Of a stretch of 64,000 bases of DNA, positions 1 through 12,801 are shown in pieces; within the stretch, counting starts at the first letter, position 1, and the number at the start of each line of letters is the position of its first letter. The notes under the pieces are model-generated. The model saw nothing but the letters and a program-made list of their open reading frames with translations. It was not told where the DNA came from and did not search any database. Source of the stretch: Lepidodermella squamata (Eukaryota; Animalia; Gastrotricha). The DNA lies in contig JBLDXI010000015.1 in the NCBI GenBank assembly GCA_047495785.1, positions 5,146,001 to 5,210,000 of the forward strand, in the 5' to 3' direction. The position numbers and the translations under genes are program-made.

Positions 1-892
1 TTACTAGTTAATGATTGAAATTTTGCTAGCGCTAGCCTTAGCCGCATTGCAATTGCAGATCGAAATGTTGTGCTTCATTGATCAAAGATCGTCATGAACA
101 TCAACTTCCAAACAGAAACTTGAGGTTTACTCAAACACAATACATACCTATTGATCAAACGCCAAATCAATTCATTAGAAGTTCTTTATTTATATCATGC
201 ATTTTCAGTGGTTAATATTGTTACTTAATATTTTCGGATCAATCCTATGGTCACGCGTGCGCTATAGTGAAATATGAGGATGTGGAAATGTGCATGTGGA
301 AAATGCAAACTGATCGGCTCTTAATTGTCAACATCAATTACAATACATTAACGGGGACGGAATCATCTCTTCATATTAATTCCGATAACATCTTACTGAA
401 ATGCGATGAGACATATCATGCGGTTTCTCCTGAACTCTGATTAATGCATATCATCCTTCCCACAAGGTGTACAACATCCATCAGTGTAATATCGGAAGGA
501 GTTACTGTGCCTTAGGAATATTTGGAATTAAAGGAAAAAGGGAAAGATCAACATGGCATGTTTATTTTTGTATTTCTTTCTTTATACTGTAATGACTCCG
601 TGTCATGAGAAGCGCCGCTCAGAATGGCGAGTGATAAAAAGATGGCGCGCAAGCGCCATCTCGGGATTTGATGCAGTTTGCTAGTTGTGGCAGAATGGTA
701 TCGGGACTCTTCATTCTTCGGCTCTACAGTCAACGCGGAGCTTTTTTGTAGGGAATGGTCCTACTGCTCCTCATCGCTAAGTGAACTCAGGTTTCCGGGT
801 TGTGCATTTTTCGCGCAAAAACTTGAACAAAAATTATCTTTATATGTATTAAAGACAATCATATTTTTGATTATTATAATATAAAATACTCT

Positions 893-906
893 GTTGTCAT
901 AGTAAC
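893..906. promoter_or_regulatory. RFX X-box candidate (GTTGTCATAGTAAC)
   Basis: Exact match to the X-box consensus GTHNYY-AT-RRNAAC; ~960 bp upstream of the CCDC89 ATG and 11 nt upstream of the 61-aa ORF at 918. Confidence 0.45.
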
Positions 907-1467
907 AACGCTATAAAATGCCATCATTGATATGTCACGCGCGAACAGTCCTACGCGTCCTACGCGAACAGGCCAAACACGACGCCATCATCAAGGCGAA
1001 TAGCGAACGAAAGAAAAAGGAACTCAACGCCTCTCTGCAGCCGCAGGTCGCGTTCAATCCGTACTCCAAAGCCGCCTTCGTCTACAACTACGTGCCGAAC
1101 TAAATGAGTTTTCAAAAATTCTATTTATATTTTTCAAAGCCTATACTCAACCAAATGTAATATACTTTATTTTCTTTATAGCTCCGTCATTAAATTATCT
1201 TATATTGGCTCCGTGAATTACCTCTTGTAAATTATCTCTACTCTTGTAAATATTCCTCCAAACTAGTCTTTTGGTAGCTTTCTTGCTACGACGGCGTTTG
1301 TAGGCTTCGCTGAGTGAGTGGAAAAGCCACCTGGGCACTAATGCCTGGGCCCTGGAGAAACAGTCTGCAATAACTGGAGTACCAGGGGTAGGGATTTCAA
1401 TTATGTAGTTATTAAACCAGTTCAAACTTTCCTAGAGCGTAAGCTCGCGATTTTCTCACAAGCTCCG

Positions 1468-1787
1468 CCTTATGGTGAAAGCTTGAGTCCGTCAGGGCGA
1501 GGAGAAATCGTAAATCCTGATCCTGATCCTGATCCTGATCCTGTCATCTGTAACGGGTGAACGTGATTATCGTGAGCCCGTTGCGGTTTCGCCTTGAGGC
1601 TAGGGAAGAGCAGGTTGCTTAGTATTCAATCGACTCGCCTGACGAAATGTGTAAATAAAACATAACACAATCCCTCTCAGATTCGGTGATCAAAAAGGAG
1701 TTGAGCTCAAGATCATCCTCTTCTCTGTTCTTTTCTCTTTTCTCCTTCAGACTAACCATTTGTTACTTGGAAAACCTTATGGTGAAA
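1468..1787. repeat. ~295 bp segment flanked by a 13-bp direct repeat, containing a (TCCTGA)n tract; possible short retroposed insertion
   Basis: CCTTATGGTGAAA at 1468-1480 and 1775-1787; 4-5 TCCTGA copies at ~1515-1543. Confidence 0.4.
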
Positions 1788-1864
1788 TTTTATCAAATTA
1801 GGATTGAATCACCAGGTTACTAGCCAATTCTAGCTTGCAAACTGGCGCTGCTCGGCGGATTGGT

Positions 1865-3424
1865 ATGAAGAAAAGTGCTGCAACGCAATTCACGGAGGAA
1901 GAACTTGATGAGGTAGAAATCTCGGATGTGAGACGGCCACCACATTCCCATCTTAATGAAGTCGACGATCTACAACTCTTGCGTTCAAGGATCGATGAGC
2001 AATCATCACTAATCATGATTTTAAAGCAGCGTGCTGACGAGGCTGTAGCTCGATCTCAGTTTCTTGGTAAGAAATACTTGGTAAGAAATACTGGTGCAAT
2101 ATGCCCAAAAATATTTCTCGATTTTCAGAGCGCAAGAATGAAGAAGAGACCGATCGCATGCATTCTATCGAAATGCGACTCGAAGAAGAAAACAAGAAAT
2201 TTGCAATGCTTGAAAATCGGTTTGTTATTCTTTCCTTTCGGCCATTATTATAGAAATAATAGCCAATTTCTAGATTTTTCGAATTGGCCTCAAATCACGA
2301 GGAAATGATAAAGATCAAAGATGAATACAAAGCCGCTAATGAGCGGTTACGCACCGAGAATATTCAACTACGCCGAGACAATGAACAGCAATTTTCGAAA
2401 CAGCTGAACCTTTTAACCGAGGAGGTTGACAGCATGAGGCGTTACAATGAAAACATCACTCGAGAAGCAAAAAATCTTGATATGCAAAACAAGTGAGATA
2501 GCTCAATAATTGCAACCGCGTAATTTGAGCAATTTTTTCAGAAAACTAGAGGCATTACTCAAGGAAGCTAACGAGGCCCGTGAACGGGAGAAACAAGATC
2601 TTCTCCGAAATCACGGCGACCGCGTGAAAGTTCTTGAGGAGGAGCTGAAATGCCACAAAGAGAAGGCCAGATGTAGGCTGTTTTTAGCTTCTTTTGCTTT
2701 GATATAACTTTTTATGTGAAATCAGCACATGCAATGGAATCCGATGATCTAAAATCCCGTCTTTCGCAATTAGAACGACAACACAACACCGACGTAGAAA
2801 GATTGAGCAAGGAAAAGGATGAATTACTCGCCCTTGTAATGGAGCGCGGCCGAATAATTCAAGATAAGCAGACAGAAAATAAAACCTTGCAAATTCAAGC
2901 CAATGAACTGCAACGTCACTTGCAGTCAGCAAAGCAACGATTTCAGTTAGTTACAATTTTTGAGCAAATTCAATTGCATGAAGTTATTTTTTGAACGGTT
3001 ACTCAGTGAAGATATGGAGCGAGTTGACTGTAAGTATTCGCAAAATTGAAAATTCACTAACTGAACCTTGCTATAAAATATCAGCGGATACCAGAGTCGT
3101 TCGCTTGCGCGACCAGCTTTCAAAGCTGCAAATGCGTTATGATTCCCTGTCGAAGGTTAGTACTATTTTTTCTGATGATAATATGTACACGACTTCATTT
3201 TGTATAAAATTTGATATCAGGCTCATGAAGCGTTCAAGCGCCACACCGGAAATATGTTGGACAATGAACGTCAGCTTAACAACCAACTAGCAACATACTC
3301 GAATTCGGCTTCTCAGTACCCTGCGATAAACAGTGCAAAACTACCTGATATTAACATTGCGTCGTCCTCAACCGTGCCGTTATTTCCCAACAGGCATATG
3401 ATTTCTTCCTACGATAGAAAGTAG
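1865..3424 (+). CDS. CCDC89: Coiled-coil domain-containing protein 89-like, multi-exon
   Basis: Exon pieces LLRSRIDEQSSLIMILKQRADE, LASNHEEMIKIKDEYKAANERLRTEN and HEAFKRHTGNMLDNERQLNNQL follow the CCDC89 pattern; short GT-AG introns; stop TAG 3422-3424. Start codon approximate. Confidence 0.8.
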
Positions 3425-3951
3425 AAATGTCATTTTAATCTATCGTCGATCTTTGACAATTGATTATATTTGCATACATGGTGCTGCATAAAAGTTAGCC
3501 AGGCGCTTCTCGGACAACTGCAATCATTTCTCATTTAGACCAACATTCGGTTTCTCTAAAGAGAAAGCTTTTCCTGATACCTAAAAAATAATTTCTCAGA
3601 CGTTCCGTGGGTCAAGAATCAAGATTTTCCGTCGGTTTCACAGTGTTATCCAATTATATGCTTTACCGATACCATTTTCGCTAATCGGGCTCAGTTTCAT
3701 AGAACGCAGCACTCGATTTACTTCGGGAAAACTCTGGCTAACTTTTAGGCAGCATCGTGTAATGTTTCATGTGCAAACTTTTCTTATATTTTGTGCCAAA
3801 TAGCGCTCATCGACAAACATGTGTCAGTTTTTAAAATAGCCAAATAACCCATTCCGCACGTTGAAAAATAAAGAAGTGAGCTTAATCAGTTTTATTCATA
3901 CAAATTTGTTCCAGGAAATGAAAAATATGACGATGAACTCCGCTTTGACAT

Positions 3952-5007
3952 TCAATTCGCTTTGACACTCGATTGCAGCAGTTCGAATTCCATTTCCAAC
4001 TTGCGACGCTTTATGGCATAAATAGCCATTTTCTCCTCGTGTTCCTGGCGAAGTTTGATACTTGCATGATTATAATTAAATCAAAGGAAGAGGAAAACCT
4101 ACTTTTTGTAAAAGACTGCGCTCCAAGTACAAATTAGATCTTTGCAAATCGAACAAATCCATCTTGGCTTCGTGTTCTTCGGTGCGCTCGCTGCTTTTTG
4201 GTGGATCAAGGGCGATCATTGTGTTAGGATGCTTGGTATCTGGCTTCTTTTCAGTTGGCGCGACAGCAGTAGAAGTCGATGGCTGATCACGTCGGTCCGT
4301 GGCATCATCTGCGAATGGATTACCTTTGTCATCGTCCAACCACGACATATCAGATCCATCATCAGACTCTTCATCTTCGGAAGAGGAGTCTTCATTGGCG
4401 AATTTTGCGCCCTGGCGGCTTGATGAACCTTCAGACTTTGAGCGAGTAAGCGCCGGCCCAGTGAATACTAGCTTCGCAGCGTTTTTGCGAACAGCAGCTG
4501 TAATTTTTGGTTGATTCGCCTGTATCGTAATCGGAGCAATTTTCGTCAAGTCGTGGGAAGTTCTCACACGCATGTTTTTCACTTTGATCTTCAGCGTTTT
4601 CATCGTGCGCTGACTCTCGGCTGATGCGTTGTACTCTTCGGTAAATTGTCTCCAAGCTTCCGCGCGCGTAGCCATGTCCATGTAAGTTGTGCATTTCGCT
4701 AGCAACAGCTTTCGGTACTTGTTCAGCAGACCCGTCAGCAGAATCATGTCATTCGCGCTGAAGTTGATGCCACGCTACAAAAAGAGAGAATAGATGCTCA
4801 AAAACAAATTTATAGCTAAAAAATCATCGTCAAATTCGAAATTTTAGTGTCATAAATAACTCCGAATTCGAGCATGGAAGGCAAGATCACTGATCGTAAA
4901 TGCTTGGCGCAACTTACCACGACATTTCTTTTCTTCCGGCGCGTGGACGCAGATCTAGCTAGCAGATCGGGCGATTTGACATCGTTTGAATCTTCGGTAT
5001 TGCTCAT
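3952..5007 (-). CDS. Myb/SANT-like DNA-binding domain protein (MSANTD type), 3 exons
   Basis: Exon 2 begins RGINFSANDMILLTGLLNKYRKLL...RAEAWRQFTEEYNA...LKIKVKNMR; acidic linker; coiled-coil tail EHEEKMAIYAIKRRKLEMEF; stop TGA 3952-3954. Confidence 0.75.
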
Positions 5008-5783
5008 TTATATGGCAAGAGTAGTGGCAATAAAAATCACGCTACTTGTTGTTCTGTTGAAATAATGGTAGGTAGTACTTACGCATCAAACGGCTTGCTT
5101 TTCTATTGCGACGGCCCCGTTTGATCAGGCTATGATGATTTACATGCGACCTACTTTCTATGCCAGTCATTAATTGATGACAACGCACCGCGGCGCGCCA
5201 GGCCACGTTCAACAGGTTCAATAAAACAAAGCCGCCTCCGAATTCTCGAATTTATTGTCATCAGTAGTTAACCGCGTTTCTATTTTTACATCAGACCAAA
5301 AATGCGCACGCATCTTATCCCAGAAATAATAATAATAATAATATAATAGCGTGGTAATAATTTATAGACGCCGTGGACGAGAAAAAAAACAAATATTTCC
5401 AATTCAGTCACCGCGTTGATAGCTGGTATTTCCAAGGCAATCCCAGGCAATACAAATCCCGAACAAAATTATATTATTATTGTCCCGAACGGACGCAGCA
5501 CTTGCGCTCAACACTAGAGTTGCTTCATGACAAATAATACAGATATATTTTCATACAGATCCACAACATTGCACAGCAGTTGCCGGTTAGATTATATCAT
5601 ACTCTCGATAAACGAGACTGGACCACGGCGTTCGCCATGAGCTTGGAGATACTAAGAGGTGACATGAAGATGACATGCAGCAAGAGCACAAGCACAAAAA
5701 CTTTGTTTCGTCACAAATTTGGTGATGATTTACTCAGAAATTTTATATCAGCTAGAATACGATATTTGTATGCAACATTTTGA

Positions 5784-6530
5784 CTATCTGCGACCCACAA
5801 CCACCGTCCGTCCCTTGGAATCGGAGAAGAACGACCGTAAAATGAGGACTTCGCCGAAACCAACAACACAGATAGCAATCAAAACACCGATGGACCAGAA
5901 TTGCACGCCCTCGGCCAACTCTTCGGCAAAGAGGCGGCCCTGAAATTCGCGCAGCTTATAGTGCGTTTGCTGATCTTCAATTTGGCCAAAGAAATCGCGG
6001 ATCCGCTGGGTTGCTTGTTCCATTTGCGTTAGAGCGCTACCGGAAAGAAATAATAAAATCAACGAGAGAAATATAAAAAATGTAGCTTACTGATGCTGTT
6101 CTTTCGGGCCAGTGAACAGAGGCTTATCTTCCTCATCGCCAACTTTGAGATGGAAGTACACGATTTTATGAGTGAACGTGGAGAACTCATTGCTAAATAA
6201 ATACACGTAATTCAAGTATGGTTATAATGGTAGAAAGATCAAGGCAGACCTGAAGCAGAACTTGAACTCGCCCCGCTGTTCCGTTTTCCACGCGAACATG
6301 TCGTACTGTTTACGCTGTTCTTTGTACAACGTCAGACCGTTAGGTGATGTTAGTTCCAAGTCAACGTCGTAATTCCCGCCCGCTACTACTTGATACTCGA
6401 GCGACACGTCGACATTGCGGTCGATCATCTCGTGAAAACATTCCTGGGCATTGTCGGGCAGCTCGAAAGTGAACTCTGTCGCTTGAGCCACTGAAAATAG
6501 TACGAGGCCCAAAAACAATGATTTAATCAT
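5784..6530 (-). CDS. TMED7: p24/emp24 gamma-subfamily cargo receptor (TMED7/TMED3-like), 3 exons
   Basis: Signal peptide; GOLD domain EFTFELPDNAQECFHE...CFSNEFSTFTHKIVYF; coiled coil SALTQME...QTHYKLREFQGR; TM helix; FF tail. Confidence 0.9.
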
Positions 6531-6667
6531 TCTCTATGAAAAACGAAAGATCTGATAAAGGTCATCCATCGCCGTTTTAACAAGAAAATCGTTGCAGGTA
6601 TAAAAAGTAGGTTAAAACTGAAAGAAATAGAGCGCAACCAGTCAGTTGCACATAGCAAGAAAAAAGG

Positions 6668-9563
6668 TCAAATCGCATTCGGGCGGGAAGACTGTTGAAC
6701 ATTCGCCACGTTCGAATTTGCCGGCAGCAGAAAGCTCGACTCGTCGAAAGCACCGGGTCCATTAGATTCAAAAAAGCTCATCGAAGACTGCAATAAAATC
6801 ATAAGGAAATCGATAAATGCGCCTGTTTACGTATGCCACACACATGCAGAACACGTGTTTCTATGAAATAAAAAAACTCATCGTACCTCTTGCATAAGCC
6901 AAGGGTTGAGTGTGTTGCCTTTGAGTGTTCCGGAAGCGTCTGTAGGTCCGAGCAGCCCACTGAGAGATGGGTCGCCGAATGAGATATCAAATCCTTGAAC
7001 TGCAACTGGGGAGATCGGCCGGCTATTAACAATACTCATGTTTCCGAGGTCAAGGACCGTATTGGTTGACTGGGAAGGTGCCAGGTTAGCCGTCGTGCCA
7101 GAAGAGGGAGGTTTCAGAAATTCGACTAGAGTTGATTCGCCTGGCAAAGAAATGTCGAGAGAGGCGTCAGCGAAGGATGGTACGTAGCCAGAAACTGCAG
7201 GCTGCTGACCTGCGACCGTATTGCAGTCCATGAACGAGAATTCCGAAGTCTGACGGGACGAGCTGGGTGCGCCAACTTGGAGCGGCGTAATTACTAAACT
7301 GACATTGGCATTTAGGCTAGGTGGATCGCCTTGTTGCTGATCTTGTTGCATAGCATCGCTGCGGTTAGACATCAAATTATGAGGCATCATGTGAAAACGC
7401 ATCTGGCTTTCAACCAGCCCAACCGGAACCGGTTTTGGCATCAAGCGGCGGGGTTGAATGGGCTGAATGAACCTGGGAGACCGCGACTGCTGCGACTCGG
7501 AGTCCGCAAGGTGGTTATGTGTGTTGCTGACAGCAGTGGATGCGGGATTCATGCGATTCTTACGTTGTGTTTTGCCTCGCAGTTCTTTAAGCTGCTCAAG
7601 AAAGTTAGCAGCCACCGCGTTCGCAACGGGAGCAGGCATCGAAGGCGGCGGCTGGGCTTGAGCGGACGTTGATTGCGGCTGAGTTGTGCCGCTTGATAGC
7701 GCTTTCTTTTGACCACGTCGCCGGGGCGTTCCCGAATTTCCGGCTTTCCGTCCGTCACCAGTCAAAGATTCTGCGCATTGCCTCTCCTCGTCGATCCGGG
7801 GTAAAAATGGCATTTTAATGCCGCCAGGTGATAAAATTTTAGCTCCATTAGGCTGGACAGAGGGTTGCTGTTGAATCAATTTCAGTCTCAAAGAAGCAAA
7901 ATACAACAACTTTTTCAGTGCAGGACTGAGCATAGATTTGCTAGGCTCTGATAAATCATCTTGTAGCTGCGGTGTTTGCTGGATACAGTATTCCAAACGA
8001 ATAACATTTTCCTTGATTTTGTCCCGCTCGCCGAGAAGAAAAACTTCGACTAGACTCATGCTCATAATATTTGATATTGCGGTCAGTTGTTGCGAGCTCG
8101 ATCCAGGAATTTCCGATGTAGGCTCGTTTCCGGCTGTTGCTAGCACTGTACCAGCTTGAGAAGCTGACCGGGTAACTGGTAGCTCAAATGACACCGCTAT
8201 TCTCTCGCTGCCGCCCAATTGATCTTGAATAGCTTCAAATGCCTGTTTATCAAAAATTATATTTAATCAGCCTCATAAGGCGGTCGGTATTTACTCACAC
8301 CGAGTCTCGGTCGCCATTTCTCTTCCAACAGGGCTCTTAGCTCATCAAGTTTTACAGAGGCAGCGGCGGTCACAGCAATACGAGGGTTGTGAGCCACCGA
8401 TTGGACGTAACTCCATGAGAAGTTATTTAATGGCGTCAATTCGACCGTGAAAGTTGAAGGTATATTGACAAGAATGTTAGCATCAACTGAATTTGCGCCC
8501 GCAAGAGCAACATCGCCATCAACTGGATCCCCACTTCCACTGCCACGGCCATCACACGGAGGAGCAAAATTCCAAGACCTTAGAGCTTGGCATGTTGGAG
8601 CTTTGGCTCTGGAAAATTTCACAACGCACTCGAAATCGTTCGTAAATAATAGCTCATTATTTACCTAAATCTGCCTTTTCTGCCCACACGAACAACGGTG
8701 CTCCCAGATGTAACCATTTCATTCAAGTGCCGGGCGAAATCAGGCCTTGCAAGGCGAGGGTCTAGCTCTATACAATAAATCCATCATTTGAATGACCTTT
8801 AAGATCATAATGAATCGTCTTACTGTCCCTGAAGATTTTCTTTAGAGCATCATAGCACAGCAGCAAGTAAACTTCTCGCAGGTCGCGCGGCTGAGATGCT
8901 GACGATGCGGATGTGTAGTTACCGACAAGACGTTGGCAAAGCTGAAGTTTCCTGTGACAATAGAAGAAATTCAACGAAAATTTCTAATCAAAATCTGCTA
9001 GCCAGACCGATAGTAGAAGTGGCGGAGTTGCTCCTTGGTTTTTACCTTGGCGGTAGAAACCGTCTCTGAATTTTCAGCCACCGAGTTTGAAGCTGAAGCC
9101 ATCACTCTTGCTCGACGCTTTGCGAGAGATCTCATGTGTGCGAAAATGGCATGCATTTCTTTTCCATACTAAAGGTATAGCATAAAAGCGCTCGGCTAAA
9201 ATTAATAGCAGCACCTACCAATTTCAATCCGTCAAAAAAATCGGTTTGCTCCTACGAAAACAGAAACAATACCTACAATTGAACGGAAAAATCGGTCAAT
9301 ACCTGAATAGTCCAAAAATCTCGCTTTTTAGCGAAAAGAATATCATGCGTGGGCGCGTTACTGGAGCAAACTTCGCATACTGCGGAGCCACATTTGCATG
9401 AATGCTCAACTGCAGACGAACATGCGCTCTCATCGGGTTTCGCTTTCTGCTTGTTTAGCAAGCGAGTGCTGCTTCTTAAGTTTGAACCCAACAACTTCTG
9501 ACCATCGGAGCAGTCGACAGTTTCCGGTAACTTCTCTTTGTTGACATCGCTAAAGTTCTCCAT
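6668..9563 (-). CDS. CRAMP1: Protein cramped-like (SANT-domain chromatin regulator), multi-exon
   Basis: SANT-like WT..EQTDFFDGLKLYGKE, KTKEQLRHFYYR and VELTPLNNFSWSYVQSVAHNPRI motifs. Last intron 6788-6886 joins WLMQE to SSMSFFES...PNAI*; stop TGA 6668-6670. Confidence 0.85.
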
Positions 9564-10209
9564 GGTTAACTGAAATCATCTAAAACGCAAAATACAGGAA
9601 GTTAGCGAATGAAATTGAAAATCTCCACCGGAAACACCCCTAAAAATATTCCAGTTTTATCAAAAAATATATATTCCCACTCCATTCAAAGTAACTCTGA
9701 CAGCGAATCACAACTAGGTATATTAATGCATTTCAGCCATGAATAAAATGATTGCTGGAATTTTTGAATAGCGGGCATTTTCGAATTTGTTGCTCTACTT
9801 TAAGCATTATTGGTAATATAATAGTATACCTTTCATAATACACCGCCAATTTCAGCGCTACAACGTAACATAATCGAAATGAATGAGAACGAAATGCCTG
9901 CAGCTGCTCGTGTAAATGATACCCCGTTATGTAAAAATAAAAACGAATACATTGCTATGTGCAAATCTAGTATCTCTTGATTAGAAATTAAGTGACGGAT
10001 GAGTAATGAATAATTATTAGATAGTGTCGCCATTTCTAGCGATATGAGAGTAAGAAGGTAAATGATATAATATGTCACGAATTCGAGTGAAGATGGCCCT
10101 GTGCCCTGTGAAATAAAATTATGGTCCCTATACGATTATAGGTGCGATTAAGTCAATTTAGACACCAGATTGTCTTAAATTCCTGCACTGCGGCCCTGTG
10201 TATTAGGTC

Positions 10210-10437
10210 TATTGTCTAATATAGCTTTGCATCCATCCCAAGGAACACCACTGTGACCTGCCAGAAAAGGCGAGAAAGACCCCCTAGAGCACTAGGCATG
10301 GATGAGTCAGCATTGTAACGGTTAACGGTGAGGGGAGACACGAAGAAAGCACAGCTGCAGGCAACGGATGGAACCAGGCCGCCTTTAACCGGGAGAGCGC
10401 ACGTGGCACAGCTTATCCACTACGCCACCTCACAGAC
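10210..10437 (-). mobile_element. tRNA-derived SINE remnant
   Basis: Minus strand has Pol III A box TGGCGTAGTGG (10417-10427) and B-box-like GGTTCCATCC (10366-10375) at tRNA-like spacing, without a full cloverleaf. 3' boundary approximate. Confidence 0.55.
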
Positions 10438-12122
10438 AAGCACTCAGCTGTCGTAGTGAGCGACGTATCAGACATCTTACCGCTACAAGTACCCATTCTA
10501 TTCAAAGCTGTGGCGGTTGCCGACTTGCTTCACAATATCGACTGATTGTGTGTGAGTTAGTTTTCCTTATAACGAATCAGCTTGTCGCCTCAGCATTGCA
10601 AATGTCGGCACTCGAATCGTATGAAAATTAACAGAACACCCTGTCATCAAAATCGCAGAACACCCTGATACCAGAACATACGAATCGTCCACGTAGCCCT
10701 GCTTTTGGGCTACTTTCGATAACCTAGAAGAACCTCCGGCAACTAGACTAGACTAAACAAGGGACAGAAAACGGAGTAGAAACAGAAAACGTCACCGCTT
10801 GGCTTCGCGGTTCCCGGCTGACCTGGCAGATTGAATGAGTTACATGCCACTAATAACATTTGAAATCTTCCTTATAGTGACGCAACATCAAACGGAGTTT
10901 AATATTATTGTCGAATATGAAAATTTTGAAAAAACAACCTTGACGCACAAATTCATGCTAACGCGCGCTAATTCTTTTCCCGCATTCTTCCGTGACGCGT
11001 AACGCCCAAGAGCAGGACGCGGTCCGATTTGAGGCAGGTATAGCCATGCGATGCTGCATATAATTTGAGCTATCCATGGCATCTTGCATGTAATTCACAG
11101 TCAAGTTTTTGATTCACTTATTCTTTTATTTGGATTTCTTGAAGATTATTTTATTACATTTGTAATATATTTTTCTAAAATTACTTTTCTACTCCATATT
11201 TGTGCCTCTTGGCCCGTGTATAACATCGCTACAGCGGTGATTCGGGTGCTAAACTCTCAAACTGATGCCCAAGCATATCGTCGGGCAACTGGCGATTGGG
11301 CTTTTAAATCCATCCATCCATTCTTTTTTCAGCTTATTTTTCTTGTTAGCCATAGGCCAGAGTCCAGATCCTTCCGGAATCGATAACCTTTCTGGACGAG
11401 GGAAGTTTGAGGGAAGTGGCTGCTGGCCGTGAGTGTTGGAAGAAGGTGGAGATGTTGCGACCTCCTTTGGAGAGCAGTGAAGTGTTTTCAAAACATGAAC
11501 ACTATAGTCCAGATCGACATTGCAATTTTGCACCAACTTGTGCCGAAATTGCATCATTTTATCACTAAGTTGCGCTCTGTAATGTCGAATTGTGACACGT
11601 GGCACTAATCATAAGTCTAAGAAATGCTTACCTGTTGAAAATTGTCAATTTCTCACCCCTTGTTTCAAAGACAATTTCGGGTCATTTATGCAGAAAAATC
11701 AGAGGATTCGCTTTTTTTTTACGGTCTATTGAACATTTATCGTCGCTCGTAGCTTATTGAATATTTGGCTAGACGAGGCGTGTGGTGGAGAAAGCCTAGC
11801 GCCTAGATAAAGAACGTCTCTAGCCTTTTGTCGGTTGACGCGGCTCACTAGAATAATGTAGCCTAACCCTAGTTGTTACCTTGCGTGAATCTTCGCCCCC
11901 AGCCGCCATCCCGTCCTCTGGCATCTGACTGACTCTTCCGCCGGCCCCGGCTATTATTTTCCTACGATACATGGTACTTATACGCAAATTTTACCTCGCC
12001 GAAATGAATTTTCGCAAAATTCCCTATCAAAAATGCCCTTCTCACTTATTTATGTTACTTATTTGTGGCGGATTCAGGGTTAGCAAGTCAATCCCACATT
12101 AGTTAACCATGAAGACAGAAGA

Positions 12123-12510
12123 CAGGTTTTGTGCCGGGTTTCTGCGGTCAGGGGGCGAGTTGGGGACATGTATGTATGTATTCATATACAAAAATTCGCA
12201 CATCTCACTAATGTCGTACGCGTTGGTGCCTACAATCAGCGAGCAATGACGACACTGACATCAACCCCCACGCGAGCGAAGAGAGCTGTAGCTCACGCTA
12301 ATTTCTGAAAATTTTCCACCATGGCTAAGATAGTTACGCTTAAACGTTGCCTGAAGTTCACTTCTGAAGTTCCTGAGGGTCTCCGAGTGGTTAAATTGAT
12401 CTGCTATCCTTGAGAAAGTTTCCATCCTGCAAAACTTTAGAAATTCAAGCTTCAATAGACTCTACTTTAACATGAGCTTTGCAAGTATTAACTGACGCTA
12501 TTTTTGAGAA
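12123..12510 (-). mobile_element. Diverged copy of the hAT-type MITE family seen at 23584-24257, in opposite orientation
   Basis: GGGTTTCTGCGGTCAGGGGGCGAGTTGGGG and GCGAGCGAAGAGAGCTGTAGCTCACGCTAATTTCTGAAAATT match the reverse complement of 24210-24250 and 24040-24086. Right boundary approximate. Confidence 0.6.
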
Positions 12511-12801
12511 TGTCTGTGCTGGAACAGCCTTAAAATGTCCCAGATTTCGGTCGAGTGCTAAATTTTCCACGGAGGCGAGTATCATGTGGAAAAATGTGCT
12601 GTGCGGATAATATCAGGTTGATTATGCCCTTGACCAGTGCCAAGATAGGTTTAGTGAACGGCAATGATTGCATCGAGTGGTTAAATCACTTACCCGTGGT
12701 ATCCCGCAGTCCGTATTTACGGCCTTTGCCTTGTGGTAATATCCCTTATTTAAGTAAATGTTGCATTTTCTTAGGAATCCCGTTAATTAGTTGATTTCAC
12801 A

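Noticed and set aside
10366-10437. Functional tRNA gene
   Set aside because: A and B boxes are present, but acceptor and anticodon stems do not form and the B box is imperfect; better explained as a SINE head.
11249-11605. 118-aa minus-strand ORF
   Set aside because: No ATG start, recognisable motif or convincing exon partners.
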